Source of the DNA: a virus
DNA length: 62,267 nucleotides
Strand: one strand, 5' to 3'
IMG/VR virus record: IMGVR_UViG_3300022902_000004
Location: 1-62,267 of that record
Every line of letters starts with the position of its first letter. Within the stretch, counting starts at the first letter, position 1. A program made the position numbers and the translations under genes. Under the pieces are notes generated by a model that saw only the letters and a list, made by a program, of their open reading frames with translations, made no database searches and was not told where the DNA came from. This document shows, piece by piece, positions 45,307 to 55,801 of this stretch.

Positions 45307-46500
45307 TTAGTTTGTCTGTGACTTGTAGTAAGCCCGACAAACATTCCGGAAGTTGTTGATTCCACCCTCAGAAGGGGCATACAAATCATATAGCGACCAC
45401 CAACCGGCTTTGGCGCCAGTGTCCTGGCCTTCCTTCAGTTTCGCCAGGACTTCGTCAACCATCTCGTAAGCGGTTGTACGAATCTCCTCTGGGAGTGTAA
45501 TCAACATGTAATCAAGGCGGTCATTCTTGATGCAGTTCATCAGGTATTTGTAGCTCAGCTTCGACTTGACCATCTCGCCGATGTAGCTGATGTATTTGAA
45601 CTTGACACGGCGGCCTTCGCCATTACCGTTTGGAATCACGGCAACCCAGCCTTCCTGGTTTACGACGGATCGGTCGTTGATCTCGTCATGAAGTGTCTGG
45701 AGTGTCATGAACACAACGTCGACTGGTAGAATCACCTCAGGCAAGGCTTCGCAAATCGCATCACGGACCTCCGGGGTTGCCGGATTACCATCAGCATCAT
45801 ATGCCTCAAGCAGGAAAATCTGCTTTGCACCGGCATAATCGACATGGACAGTCGTCATCGGGTGAACGAACTCGCAAACCAACGACATCAAATCGAAACC
45901 CTTGTTTGCACATGTCACCCATGCTTCCTTGAAGTCATCCAACTCCATCAACTCGAGAGCACCGACAGCAGACGGGGTTCCCAGGCGACCACGAGTGGTG
46001 GTGCACAGCTTTCCGTCATGAATGAAGTACTCGATCATGTGACCGTCTTCCTTACGAGTGCAACGCAACTTGGTGTCACCCGACATCGAAGCCAGATTCT
46101 CCATGGAAGTCTCCGGGAGCTCACCCTGGTTGAAGAACTTCTCGAAGCCACGGGAGACGAGTGTCACACCCTCAACCTGGCCCGCAGTCTCATACGAGTA
46201 AACGACGCCACGAAGCAATCGCAACTCAGCGGACCAACCGTCAACCACCTCATGAAGGAGGTTGTGAGCAGTGGGGCTATAGTTGAGCAGAACAAGCTGG
46301 CGCTTCTCATCAATATCAAACCCGAGCAGCTTGCCTGCCTGGATACCCCACTTCGCATCGACACCGAGAAGCTCGCACAACTCATCGTCATGCTCACGCT
46401 TCACCTTGGCCCACAGATTCAGCTTATCATTCCGGTTCTTCATATGACCGGTCAGAAAGGCTACGAGACGAGGAAGCTTCATGGTAAATTCGGAATTCAT
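45307..46500 (-). CDS. RNA ligase, Rnl1-like (divergent)
   Basis: FEKFFN..E, KEDG, EGWV, VKFK. Confidence 0.75.
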   Translation of the reverse strand: MNSEFTMKLPRLVAFLTGHMKNRNDKLNLWAKVKREHDDELCELLGVDAKWGIQAGKLLGFDIDEKRQLVLLNYSPTAHNLLHEVVDGWSAELRLLRGVVYSYETAGQVEGVTLVSRGFEKFFNQGELPETSMENLASMSGDTKLRCTRKEDGHMIEYFIHDGKLCTTTRGRLGTPSAVGALELMELDDFKEAWVTCANKGFDLMSLVCEFVHPMTTVHVDYAGAKQIFLLEAYDADGNPATPEVRDAICEALPEVILPVDVVFMTLQTLHDEINDRSVVNQEGWVAVIPNGNGEGRRVKFKYISYIGEMVKSKLSYKYLMNCIKNDRLDYMLITLPEEIRTTAYEMVDEVLAKLKEGQDTGAKAGWWSLYDLYAPSEGGINNFRNVCRAYYKSQTN

Positions 46501-46900
46501 TTTATATCCTTTGCATTTAGAAACAGATTAGAAACATTTCGACTTTAGAACTTGTGCCCACCGACACCTTTGGTCTTCAACCACGCTTGGATTGCGACGA
46601 TATGATTACCGGCACGACCATTGAACTGCTGCTCCAGAACGTCGGAGTTAACCCATTTGTGGGAACCAATATTTGCAGCCAAGAATCCACCTTGTCCAGG
46701 AGGGTTGAGCCACACGATCATCTGCTCGTCGTTATAGACGGACATGGAATCCTCGATGTCGGTAATCCCCAGGCGATATTGGAACCCGTTCCCGGGTGTG
46801 TAGTTTTCAAACTTCATTGCACTCTCCTGACGTTCAATCCCTGCTCGGGTTGCCCCCGAGCACATACCCATTATACCACGATTTTCGGACTCTTACACGT

Positions 46901-47941
46901 TTATGGTTTAACCAATTTCCAAATTGAATCAACAAACGTCGATGGCTTGCCGTCCAGAAGGCTAAACAGTGGTCCCGGCTGCATCAGATTAAACTTGCTC
47001 ATTTTGATGATTACCATCGCCTGGTCCTTTCGTGACTCAGTCTTATGCAACTCAAGATGCTTGAAAAGGCGTTGATACCGAACCACCTCGCGCTCAAACT
47101 CGCGCTGTTGACGCTGGACCTGAGCTTTCAAATCGTCGAACAACTCATCAGGAAGCTCAGCGATCATTGCCTCGACGTTCTCGCCTGACGACAATGCTTC
47201 CCAGATACGTCGTGGTGACATATCGTGAACGAGACGATGCAGTTTTATGTACTCATCAAGCTTCACCTTAACCCGCGGGCCGTCTTCAAACATGATGACA
47301 TAGCCTTCGAAGTTGGACGTATCGCGTGGAAGATCTTTCAAGTCCTCTACAGTGAACACTTCTGGAGTCCGAAAAGGCAGCTCAGGAAAATCGGTTGCCT
47401 CATACTCAAGCCCTGACTCGGTGCAGATCGCGCCAATCAAAACGAGCTCCTCAACGTCGCCATAGTTTACGACGATCCTGTTGTCAGGGTAAATGATTTC
47501 GAAGAGGTACGTGATATGCCCGTGCATCTTTGGGACGGCATCTTTGTACTTCGTTCGAAGCATCTCGGTTGCCTTGATTGCCTGCTCTGACTCAAACGAC
47601 CCACGGGTAGAAATTGCCAGCCCGTCAGGAGTCGAGTATGAAATCCCGAGTGACCCATCCATTTTTTCAAATGCTTTGAATCGATCGCCGATTGGGAGAT
47701 CTGGCAAGGCAGGAGACTCATGCTCGCCAATGTTGAAAAACTTCTTGAATGGTCGTGCAACCACACGTCCGGTACCGTCAACAATCAGCCCACGGCAGGC
47801 CATCGTTGCCTCGTTCCATCGGCGCTCATACTGAACAGGCGGTGCATAATTCAGAACAAACAAATCGTATTTTGGGTGTGGACGACGGGTAATATATCCT
47901 GCGTCGATCTCAGACTGAATCAGTGGGTCCAACAAATCCAT
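46901..47941 (-). CDS. RNA ligase, T4 RnlA/Rnl1 family
   Basis: CRGLI..RPFKKFFN, EKMDGSLG, TRGSF, EGYV, VKVKLDEY. Confidence 0.9.
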   Translation of the reverse strand: MDLLDPLIQSEIDAGYITRRPHPKYDLFVLNYAPPVQYERRWNEATMACRGLIVDGTGRVVARPFKKFFNIGEHESPALPDLPIGDRFKAFEKMDGSLGISYSTPDGLAISTRGSFESEQAIKATEMLRTKYKDAVPKMHGHITYLFEIIYPDNRIVVNYGDVEELVLIGAICTESGLEYEATDFPELPFRTPEVFTVEDLKDLPRDTSNFEGYVIMFEDGPRVKVKLDEYIKLHRLVHDMSPRRIWEALSSGENVEAMIAELPDELFDDLKAQVQRQQREFEREVVRYQRLFKHLELHKTESRKDQAMVIIKMSKFNLMQPGPLFSLLDGKPSTFVDSIWKLVKP

Positions 47942-48044
47942 GCTACCTCCCGGTCACCTTGGCAACCAACATGTCTATTATACCATGTGAGGAGGCGTTT
48001 TACACATGAACGATGAACATTCATATGAAATCGGACACACGAGA

Positions 48045-48728
48045 TTAGTCGTAAGCTGAGCCATATTGTCGTCTTGGTAACTTACGACGCTTTGTTTGCG
48101 TTGCGCCGTTTTTGACCAGGAATGCTAGCACATCTTCGACTGTCGTGCCATCGAGTTCAGCATTTTCCTTATCTAGAATAGCTTCCATGTTGCCGAGTTG
48201 CCCTTCACGGTCCTTCAACCGGAGGTACGTGCCCCACTTCTTTGTTTTGTGAATCTGGTAATCAATAAATTCGACGTCTCGGTGAAGAACAGGTGCTTCA
48301 GCAAACGCATATGACAATGCCGCTCGTTCAGGCTTGTTTGGTTCTGTATCATGGGACGTGCTGTCTTTAGCAGTCTGGTCTTTTTCCCACGCCCGCTCGA
48401 GATTGTCAAGGAATTTCCATATCTTTTTTTCATTCCAATTGGGCGGATAAACCACGTCTGTCGTCAAGTTGCCGCCGCCTGGATCATCATATTCAGTCTG
48501 GACCTCTTTAATCCAAAATGTGATTTCATCAAGATCCAAGTATAAATCTGGCGTATTGACTTGGGGATCTGCCAAGGCACCGGCTACATCGTTTGCCAAA
48601 GCGTAATTGGCAATCCTGTTGAACAATTTTGCCTCTGGTTCGTCCGGGTTGTCGATGATTTTCAGCATGCCGTCATCAGGCAAAGATTCGCGGATCAACT
48701 TCGTCAGCTTTCGTTTCGTGATTTTCAT
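48045..48728 (-). CDS. Leader-family protein
   Basis: MKITKRKLTKLIRE. Confidence 0.7.
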   Translation of the reverse strand: MKITKRKLTKLIRESLPDDGMLKIIDNPDEPEAKLFNRIANYALANDVAGALADPQVNTPDLYLDLDEITFWIKEVQTEYDDPGGGNLTTDVVYPPNWNEKKIWKFLDNLERAWEKDQTAKDSTSHDTEPNKPERAALSYAFAEAPVLHRDVEFIDYQIHKTKKWGTYLRLKDREGQLGNMEAILDKENAELDGTTVEDVLAFLVKNGATQTKRRKLPRRQYGSAYD

Positions 48729-48741
48729 TGCTAGCCTTCAG

Positions 48742-49020
48742 TTATACTTCGTCAATCAGATCTTCAGTCTTCATGACGAGGGTGCGAATGTGCGCCCATA
48801 CTGATTCGGAGTAACCCCCACCGGAGTGGATATACTCCTCGGCCATTGCCAAATTCTTTCTGGCTTCTTCCAGCATTTCGGCAAGTTCAGTCTCACGGAT
48901 GCCTTGATTGGGACCAGCACCACGATCCCATTCTTGGCTGCCCAAATCGGGACCGCCCCAATCCGGACCAGCAATTCCCTGCTCTACCAATTGTCTCAGT
49001 TTTCGTTTTGTGATTTTCAT
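48742..49020 (-). CDS. Leader-family protein
   Basis: MKITKRKLRQLVE; ATACTTA ~49042-49048. Confidence 0.7.
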   Translation of the reverse strand: MKITKRKLRQLVEQGIAGPDWGGPDLGSQEWDRGAGPNQGIRETELAEMLEEARKNLAMAEEYIHSGGGYSESVWAHIRTLVMKTEDLIDEV

Positions 49021-49050
49021 TATACACCCTGTTTCATGGACTAAGTATCG

Positions 49051-49389
49051 CTACTTGACGATAATCGTTTCAATATGTGCACCACGAGCTCGACGAATGC
49101 AATCCCATGTTTCACGGCAGTTATCAATTGGAAATGCGACACAAAGGTCAGCTCCCGAATCAACCATCTCTTGGTTTCTGACCGCTGTGGCCTTAGTCCC
49201 ATGGAGCGTAATTTCGGTCGGCCACTCTTCAATTTCAAGCCTGAGCTCATCGGCAATCTTTGGAACAAAATAACTTGAACCTGATACCACACCGCAAACG
49301 ATTGTCGTGCCCAATGGCAGCTTGACCAACTCGTCCCTAATCTTCTCTATATCTAGCCATTCAATAGAACCAGCCACGATAACTCTCAT
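49051..49389 (-). CDS. SLOG/DUF2493-family protein
   Basis: MRVIVAGS..RNQEMV..VAFP..T.DCIRRA. Confidence 0.75.
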   Translation of the reverse strand: MRVIVAGSIEWLDIEKIRDELVKLPLGTTIVCGVVSGSSYFVPKIADELRLEIEEWPTEITLHGTKATAVRNQEMVDSGADLCVAFPIDNCRETWDCIRRARGAHIETIIVK

Positions 49390-50057
49390 TTCTTCAATCC
49401 ATTTATGTTGAAAATCGCTGTAATTGCTTCTGCGATTTTTTCCGCGACCTGCATATGCTCAAGCTGGGTGCCGCTTCCCTCACCTCTGACCTCGAGGTAG
49501 TGAATCCACGATCTGACTGAGCCTTTCATGAACAGTCGTGATTTTGTTAGTCCTTCCGGAAGTAACTTTCTTGCAACTTCCTTTGCGATGCCTGCGTCGA
49601 TTGCCCACTCGTATGCCTTCAGCGCTTCGCCGGCCACGTATTTTTGGCGGACATCCCACTGAGCTGACAACACCGGATCATCCGTCGCAACAGAATTCTG
49701 CCTGTTTTTCGTGTCCTGCAATCGAGGCTCGCAGAATTCAAATGTCTCGTTCCCGAATTCTGCAACGTTTGCATAGCGCTGGCTAAACTCTTGGAAACTG
49801 AATGACCTATGACGTAACATCTGTCGAGCGATGTCCCGGGTGGTTTCAATTTCCAACGTGATGTCGGCCATTTCAAAAGGTGACCAATGACGGTGTGCCA
49901 TCAGGAACTTGATTAGCTTCCGCGATGTTTTCACGTTCATTTGATTGGCCGGATTGGAAACCCGGGCACAATATGCAATTAGTCCTTCAACCCCATCGAT
50001 TCCGACTTCTTTCAGGCCATCCACAACCTGCGTATACGAAACTAACTTGACGTTCAT
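49386..50057 (-). CDS. thyX: Flavin-dependent thymidylate synthase
   Basis: HWSPFE, RHRSFSFQEFSQRY, KEVAR. Confidence 0.95.
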   Translation of the reverse strand: MNVKLVSYTQVVDGLKEVGIDGVEGLIAYCARVSNPANQMNVKTSRKLIKFLMAHRHWSPFEMADITLEIETTRDIARQMLRHRSFSFQEFSQRYANVAEFGNETFEFCEPRLQDTKNRQNSVATDDPVLSAQWDVRQKYVAGEALKAYEWAIDAGIAKEVARKLLPEGLTKSRLFMKGSVRSWIHYLEVRGEGSGTQLEHMQVAEKIAEAITAIFNINGLKK

Positions 50058-50064
50058 TCAAATC

Positions 50065-50514
50065 CTAGCGAGCGTTGGCTCGTTTTTCTGTGTCTAATAC
50101 AAACTGCACGACTGACTGTAACCTACCTGGCATCAGCGCTGCGAGTTTTGACATTGGAACCCACCTGAACTCATCGTTCTCGGGTTTCCCAAGTTTTTCG
50201 CTGATTGGCAGGAATGGAGTTGTTCGTGATTGGCGCACGCCGATGAAGTATACAGCGGTCTTCTTACGAGAGCCTTTGCCATATACAATTGGTTCAGAGT
50301 GCTCATCTTCGTATGCAGTAATGTCAGTTGGCGAGACCAGTGATGTCTCCTCTTCGAGTTCTCGTAGGGCTGCTTCAAATCGAGTCTCGCCAGGATCAAG
50401 CTTTCCTTTCGGGAAATCCCAATTGGCATACGCTCGAACACACAAAACGGTTGGCTCTGGTGAGTTCCAATCAATCACGGCAACGCCGGCACTTTGCAAC
50501 ATAGTTTTCTCCAT
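50065..50514 (-). CDS. Nudix hydrolase (Ap4A-hydrolase-like)
   Basis: WDFPKGKLDPGE..AALRELEEETS. Confidence 0.9.
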   Translation of the reverse strand: MEKTMLQSAGVAVIDWNSPEPTVLCVRAYANWDFPKGKLDPGETRFEAALRELEEETSLVSPTDITAYEDEHSEPIVYGKGSRKKTAVYFIGVRQSRTTPFLPISEKLGKPENDEFRWVPMSKLAALMPGRLQSVVQFVLDTEKRANAR

Positions 50515-50574
50515 TCGTCCTTATCAACAATTCCATTATATCAGGAATGTCATAATTTTACACGATATGTTCGA

Positions 50575-50763
50575 CTATGCTTGAGGTCGTTTCCACTTCA
50601 CTGCCAAATCGGCGAAGCCTTGCACACCAACGTATGCCAATGCCAACGCAACCCATTGCTCCCCATTGATCTTATCACCGATCAGTAACCCTGTTGATGT
50701 CAGCCAAACGAGAAGTTTCCTGCTCATAAGTTTGCTCATATGCTGGTCTAAGAATGCTTTCAT
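50575..50763 (-). CDS. Small two-TM membrane protein (holin-like)
   Basis: SRKLLV..two hydrophobic helices; ATATTTA upstream. Confidence 0.45.
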   Translation of the reverse strand: MKAFLDQHMSKLMSRKLLVWLTSTGLLIGDKINGEQWVALALAYVGVQGFADLAVKWKRPQA

Positions 50764-50789
50764 TTTTGTCTCCGTATCAAGACTAAATA

Positions 50790-51179
50790 TCAACGAAATA
50801 ATTCTATGATGAGTTCTTGGACCAAATGAAACGATTCAATGACCAACTTGTCACCAATGTCGATTCCTAAACTATCACACGTGCCTGATGGGAGCTCCAG
50901 GACATGGGCTGTGTTTTGTGAACATGTGCTACGACCGGTCAGGGGTTCCATCTTGTCGATCTTTACGACCTGCCGCTTGTCATCGAAGTATAGGATGTCC
51001 AGCGGGATCTTCGTGTTTTTCATGTGGAACGATGCAGGCCGGTTGTCCATCACGAACAACATTCCGTCGGTTCCAATCGCATCCCGGTTCATCAACCCGA
51101 GAGCCCTGGTGTCATCCCTGTCAGCGAGTTCAACAGAAAATGAGTTGTTCCCGACCGAAATTGAGTGTTCAGTCGCCAT
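50790..51179 (-). CDS. DUF192-family protein
   Basis: VELAD..RALGLMNR..GMLF..MKNT.IPLDI..VLEL. Confidence 0.85.
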   Translation of the reverse strand: MATEHSISVGNNSFSVELADRDDTRALGLMNRDAIGTDGMLFVMDNRPASFHMKNTKIPLDILYFDDKRQVVKIDKMEPLTGRSTCSQNTAHVLELPSGTCDSLGIDIGDKLVIESFHLVQELIIELFR

Positions 51180-51350
51180 CTGGATCTTGTCCGGTCCGGA
51201 GGCGGTGAATAACCGCTTCGACGACCAACTTGAGCGCCGCCATGTTCTTGGCTTCTTCAATCGCCATGCCGACCTCTAGATCATTCATCATTTCTGGTGG
51301 GACTTCTGTATTTTGTGCTGAGGTCGTTGTAAATAATTCTTCGTGTTTCA

Positions 51351-51698
51351 TTATAATCCTGTACTTGTTTCAAGGTCCCACGGCCCAAAATGTTTGAACT
51401 CTGACATTTTTCTTGCCGCTTCATCATACGTGTATTCATAGAAATTGTTGATTTCTCCGATTTGTCCGATTCTGTAGTATAGTCGAGCAGGTAGTATTGT
51501 ATTTCCGCCGTTTGATTTGTCAATCACAAGATCCTGGAGTGTATCGATCACAAATGCATGCCCAAAATTTGTTCCATCCAAAGCACCTTGACCGGCGACC
51601 TCAGCATGGACAAGAATATACCGATCTTCCTCTTCGGTAAATGATTTTCCCATGATGAACCTACCAGCCGCCGCATAACAATCACCTAACGCTTCCAT
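51351..51698 (-). CDS. Hypothetical protein
   Basis: GDCY..VHA..GHAF..ID (possible papain-like C/H/D); ATATTTA upstream. Confidence 0.5.
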   Translation of the reverse strand: MEALGDCYAAAGRFIMGKSFTEEEDRYILVHAEVAGQGALDGTNFGHAFVIDTLQDLVIDKSNGGNTILPARLYYRIGQIGEINNFYEYTYDEAARKMSEFKHFGPWDLETSTGL

Positions 51699-51765
51699 AT
51701 CTACCTCGTATTGACTATAAATATAGGCCAGTCCGCCCGTGTTGCATTCCTTTGTGAAATATACA

Positions 51766-52308
51766 TTACCCCCAAGTATGCACTGCCCAACCGCCACAGA
51801 CGAACACGTGCCATACCATGTGCATCCATGGGCGCTCACCCAAGAAATAAAACGGTAAGCCCATGGCATAAATGACCAAACCAACAAAAAACGACACATC
51901 GACACCATCGAAAAAGACGAATGCGAGTACTCCGCCCATGATGCTAAGTGTCACCAATGTCACATCTGTGAACCGTTCTGGCACGTAAAAGAAAATCGTT
52001 GGAATTGAAAGCGTAATCGCCGCAAGGAAGAACAACCCACCAGGAATCGGTGGTAGATACTCAAGCAAAGTTGCGGGAATGAGCCAGAAAATCGACGTAA
52101 TGTCGAGTTGCTGCCTTGCTGCCTTGAGAAGCAGGTCATCGTTTGTTGAATGATACAGAAATGAGAAAAAGAATGTGCATGCCGAGAACAGAAAGAATGG
52201 AACCCTAGCAACCGGGGCATTGAATGTATAAGAAAAAGCAATGATGCATGGAAGCAGATGTGTGAGAGCATTGATTCTCTCTTCTACAATTGGTCTGTTC
52301 TTTAGCAC
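51766..52308 (-). CDS. Hemolysin III/PAQR-family membrane protein
   Basis: EERINALTH, SFLYH, LD..SIF, HMVWHVFV. Confidence 0.8.
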   Translation of the reverse strand: MLKNRPIVEERINALTHLLPCIIAFSYTFNAPVARVPFFLFSACTFFFSFLYHSTNDDLLLKAARQQLDITSIFWLIPATLLEYLPPIPGGLFFLAAITLSIPTIFFYVPERFTDVTLVTLSIMGGVLAFVFFDGVDVSFFVGLVIYAMGLPFYFLGERPWMHMVWHVFVCGGWAVHTWG

Positions 52309-52794
52309 CTGACCCGCCTAGCTTGATTCGTGTGTTTCCCAGCCGGCTTCACGATTCCAAAAATCAAATGTGGGAACTGTTTTGCCAAGGACATATAGTG
52401 CAAACAAGCTTTGCGATTCCATTTTTTGTTTTATGGTGCCGTGGGAATGCGTTTGTTTGAACGTCCTGATTGCAACATCGGGGAACTCACGATCGAAATC
52501 AAGGAATCCATATAGCATTTCGTTCAGGTTCTGATCAGTCACTTCCTCGATCTCAACCGGTCCTACATTTGGTGGTGCTATGACCCCAGACGACTCTGAG
52601 AACTCGACTTTCATAGGTCATCCCATGGCTGGGGTTTGCTAGGGCCAACCTTCCATTCGAAAAACCTTCCAATAAGATCGAAGAAGAACGTCGGGAACAT
52701 GATTGGCAAAATGACAGCGAGCATCCCAAGGATGAACAGTATTCCTAGCGCCGCCATCAAGATTTTCATTATCACCTCTACAATAAATATTAGG

Positions 52795-53445
52795 TCAATC
52801 GGCACTCGACTCAAAGGCTGCAGATAAAATCTCATCCGCTGGTGGGATGTCCATCGCACAGTCAAAATTCTCAATCAACTCTCTGTTATTTTCGATTTCT
52901 TCCTCGAGGTGCCTCGGGAATCGCCACATGAAATAATATGCCCCTGATGTGAACTTGCTTATGATCCATTCGAGCCGAGAATATTCTCCTGTTTGGCGCA
53001 CACGAACCATGTCGGTCATCATGTATCCGCGGAGTTCCCAGAATGCTCTGAATGGTGCTGGCCAAGGTCCCAGGAATACCAGGAACAGCAAACCCCATGG
53101 GCCAACAATGAATGAAGACAACGCGAACAAGGCGAGCCATTGCGGAAACAGGTAGCTCAACATAAATGTCAGTTTTCCAACTCGCTGGCTGTCATCGACA
53201 TGGACTAGCTCATGGCACAAGACCGCTGCAGCCGAATTTTCGTTTTTCTTCATCCATTTTCTTGACGGGAAATACACAGTGTCGCCAATCACGGTTGTGT
53301 AGTTTGTCATAAACTTTGGATTGAAGAACAGTGCCACACCAAGAAATCGCATAAACGGACTTTCGTCTTTGAATTTGAACTTGATGTGGTACCGCTCCCT
53401 AGCAAACTTGCTGATACCATCATATGATATTTTGTTCGATGTCAT
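52795..53445 (-). CDS. HExxH putative zinc metallopeptidase
   Basis: LCHELVH..WELRGY. Confidence 0.6.
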   Translation of the reverse strand: MTSNKISYDGISKFARERYHIKFKFKDESPFMRFLGVALFFNPKFMTNYTTVIGDTVYFPSRKWMKKNENSAAAVLCHELVHVDDSQRVGKLTFMLSYLFPQWLALFALSSFIVGPWGLLFLVFLGPWPAPFRAFWELRGYMMTDMVRVRQTGEYSRLEWIISKFTSGAYYFMWRFPRHLEEEIENNRELIENFDCAMDIPPADEILSAAFESSAD

Positions 53446-53472
53446 ATCAACCTCCGAACGCTAACTATCATG

Positions 53473-53925
53473 CTACCAGCGCTTCCGCAACTGCATATCC
53501 GTCTCATGGAGCGGAGTATCAGCTTTTCTGGCATTACATGGTTCGCAGCTCAATACGAGGTTCTCCCATGTTCCCGGGCCGTTTTTCGACTTTGGAATCA
53601 CGTGATCTCGAGTGGACGCGTGGTAAGGAATGTGGTCACCGCAGTATTGGCACTCACCCTTGTCACGGATGTACAAGTTTCGACGTGTTGGCTTCTTTGG
53701 CTTACGGCGACCTTTGATCGCACCAACGAAAACGCCCTTCACAAATCGAACTGTGACAGGAAATGGGATCGGTCCATCAACGTGACCAATTGTCACCGAT
53801 GGGTGGGTCTCAACAACCTCAACTCGACCCTTACAAATATCACCCATGGCTTCCTGCCAGGAGGTTGTGTAAAGTGGCTCGTAACCTGTGCTCAACACAT
53901 GTACATTTGGAATTATATTTATCAT
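53473..53925 (-). CDS. HNH endonuclease (McrA-like)
   Basis: RD..CQYCG..TRDHVIP.S..WENLV.SC..CN. Confidence 0.9.
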   Translation of the reverse strand: MINIIPNVHVLSTGYEPLYTTSWQEAMGDICKGRVEVVETHPSVTIGHVDGPIPFPVTVRFVKGVFVGAIKGRRKPKKPTRRNLYIRDKGECQYCGDHIPYHASTRDHVIPKSKNGPGTWENLVLSCEPCNARKADTPLHETDMQLRKRW

Positions 53926-54015
53926 ATTCGCTTCTCCCTACTTTATAAATACCACAATCATCCTTTTCGATTATAATCAAAACGAACATTTTGTTCAAAA
54001 ACTAAAGGAACACAC

Positions 54016-54360
54016 ATGAAAATTGGACTCGTAATGCTACTTTTTCTGGCGATGCATGCATTTGCTTGGTTCGGTGCAAACTCGCAACATGTATGGCGAG
54101 ACCAACCTAGTGCCATGATAACAGCACTTATGTTTGGAGTGCCGGTAGCACTAACTGCCTTCCTGGCGACGAAATATGGCTACGAATTTTTTGATAGCCT
54201 TTGGTCGGTAAGAATGGTTGCCCAAGGAGCATTTTACGTCTGCTTTCCAACTTTGACATGGATTTTCCTGGATGAGTCGCCGTTTACGACGAAGACGATT
54301 ATTTCAATCCTCTTGTCAGCCCTCATCGTCTTCGTCCAGTTTTTCTGGAAAGACGCTTAG
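54016..54360 (+). CDS. Four-TM membrane protein (DMT/SMR-like)
   Basis: Four hydrophobic helices; RBS AAGGA. Confidence 0.6.
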   Translation: MKIGLVMLLFLAMHAFAWFGANSQHVWRDQPSAMITALMFGVPVALTAFLATKYGYEFFDSLWSVRMVAQGAFYVCFPTLTWIFLDESPFTTKTIISILLSALIVFVQFFWKDA

Positions 54361-55001
54361 TAGCTGGCGCCAATTGTAACTGAGCCGCCTTTCGATGCGG
54401 CTGATTCAAATGGATCTTCTTGCCATGATGCGCCGTCATAGTAACCACGAAATGAGACGTTGTACTCAGCCCAGTCTTTAACTGCGCTCGCCTTTACTCG
54501 TCGACCTGAACTGAGCACTGTGTTTTCTCGCCTATTGCCGAACCCATAACCTGGTATACCTGAAAACGCCTCGATGTCAATGATTCCGTCTTGAATCGTT
54601 GCCCAAATGCCGACCCTTGCTCGATCTTCAAAGTCGTTGTCAGGCTCGAAATCAACATTCCTGTAGTCACCACCAGCGCTGTAAGCCCCACCAGATACCC
54701 GGCCCTTGCGTCGAACATGGACATATCGCTCACCAAATAACGTGACCCTCCATTCCATTCCGCCGCCATCTTTTCTGCCCCTAACACTGAAGTCGTACAT
54801 TGTTTCTCTGGACGGGTCAAGTGAGTCGAATAATTTAGCAACACGCTTCACCTCAGATGGGCACTGAGCAATATCAGACCGGACGCCGTCGATGAAAACA
54901 ATAGGCGCGCTTCCCTTAAAGCGGACTGTTTTTGCGCCGGCATTCTTGCCTGCTGTTACTTCTTTGATTAGTTTTCTGAGGTTTCTTTTCTTGATTCGCA
55001 T
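54357..55001 (-). CDS. Leader-family protein
   Basis: MRIKKRNLRKLIKE; ATATTTA ~55024-55030. Confidence 0.7.
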   Translation of the reverse strand: MRIKKRNLRKLIKEVTAGKNAGAKTVRFKGSAPIVFIDGVRSDIAQCPSEVKRVAKLFDSLDPSRETMYDFSVRGRKDGGGMEWRVTLFGERYVHVRRKGRVSGGAYSAGGDYRNVDFEPDNDFEDRARVGIWATIQDGIIDIEAFSGIPGYGFGNRRENTVLSSGRRVKASAVKDWAEYNVSFRGYYDGASWQEDPFESAASKGGSVTIGASY

Positions 55002-55022
55002 GTGATTCCTGTCGTTGTATTC

Positions 55023-55304
55023 CTAAATATCTTGCAGTTCAACGAATTGTGCCAGTCCGGTTTCAATATACACTTTTTTCTTGGCGCGGCTCAGTTTCTT
55101 GAACCGGTACTCGAGTTTCAAGGCAGTGGATCTTGTGCCGACCTCAAGCGATGCCACTATCTCGACAGGCAGGCGTGCTCTGGTATATTTGGCGCCTTTA
55201 CCTGAGTTGTGTACGGTCAAACGTCGGTCGAGGTTGTTGGTGATTCCCGTGTAGAATGACGCATCGCAGCACCTCAACACATACAATGACCATGGCTTTA
55301 CCAA
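55023..55304 (-). CDS. GIY-YIG nuclease (YhbQ/UPF0213-like)
   Basis: YVLRC.D.SFYTGIT..RR..HNSGKGAKYTR. Confidence 0.9.
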   Translation of the reverse strand: MVKPWSLYVLRCCDASFYTGITNNLDRRLTVHNSGKGAKYTRARLPVEIVASLEVGTRSTALKLEYRFKKLSRAKKKVYIETGLAQFVELQDI

Positions 55305-55801
55305 GATTGAACCTTCTTTTCAACGAATAACTCAGTTGTACGAACCGCGTATACCTTACCGTCTGGGTTTCGAATGTATGCGACGGCAATCGAAGGAGGA
55401 ACCCCTCCAAGCATTAGGGCGCCGCGTTGTTGCTGGTACTTGATTTCCTCAACAACTCCATGCATGTTGGCATTCAAAAATGCCCGAACGTAATCCCCTT
55501 TTCTGATTTGTGCCATTATGCTTCTCCTATATCTGCCATTACCATTTTTTGGGTGCGATTGATTGCATCACCAATTTCATTCTTCAGTAACTCTTGATGA
55601 TTCTCGACCTCAGATGCTTTCAACTCTTCAAGCATTGCCCACAGCGTCTGATTTTCGTCGTCTGTCGCTTGGATTACCTTCACGGCTGTTCGCAAAGCCC
55701 TTCGCATCGATTTCACATCGCCTTTTCTTGAGGCTGCTTGGAGTTCTCTAATTTTTAGTTTTGACATATTATAATGATATGTGTGGGATGGCGAACGTAA
55801 A

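Noticed and set aside
42302-46548. Long plus-strand ORFs (42302-43336, 43787-44548, 45844-46548; also 40045-40698, 60837-61481)
   Set aside because: Antisense shadows of well-supported minus-strand genes, with no motifs of their own.
35455-48040. Short repeat CATGAACGATGARCATTCAT at ~35454 and ~48005
   Set aside because: Only two copies, each just upstream of a promoter -35 element; probably a shared promoter or terminator context rather than an array.
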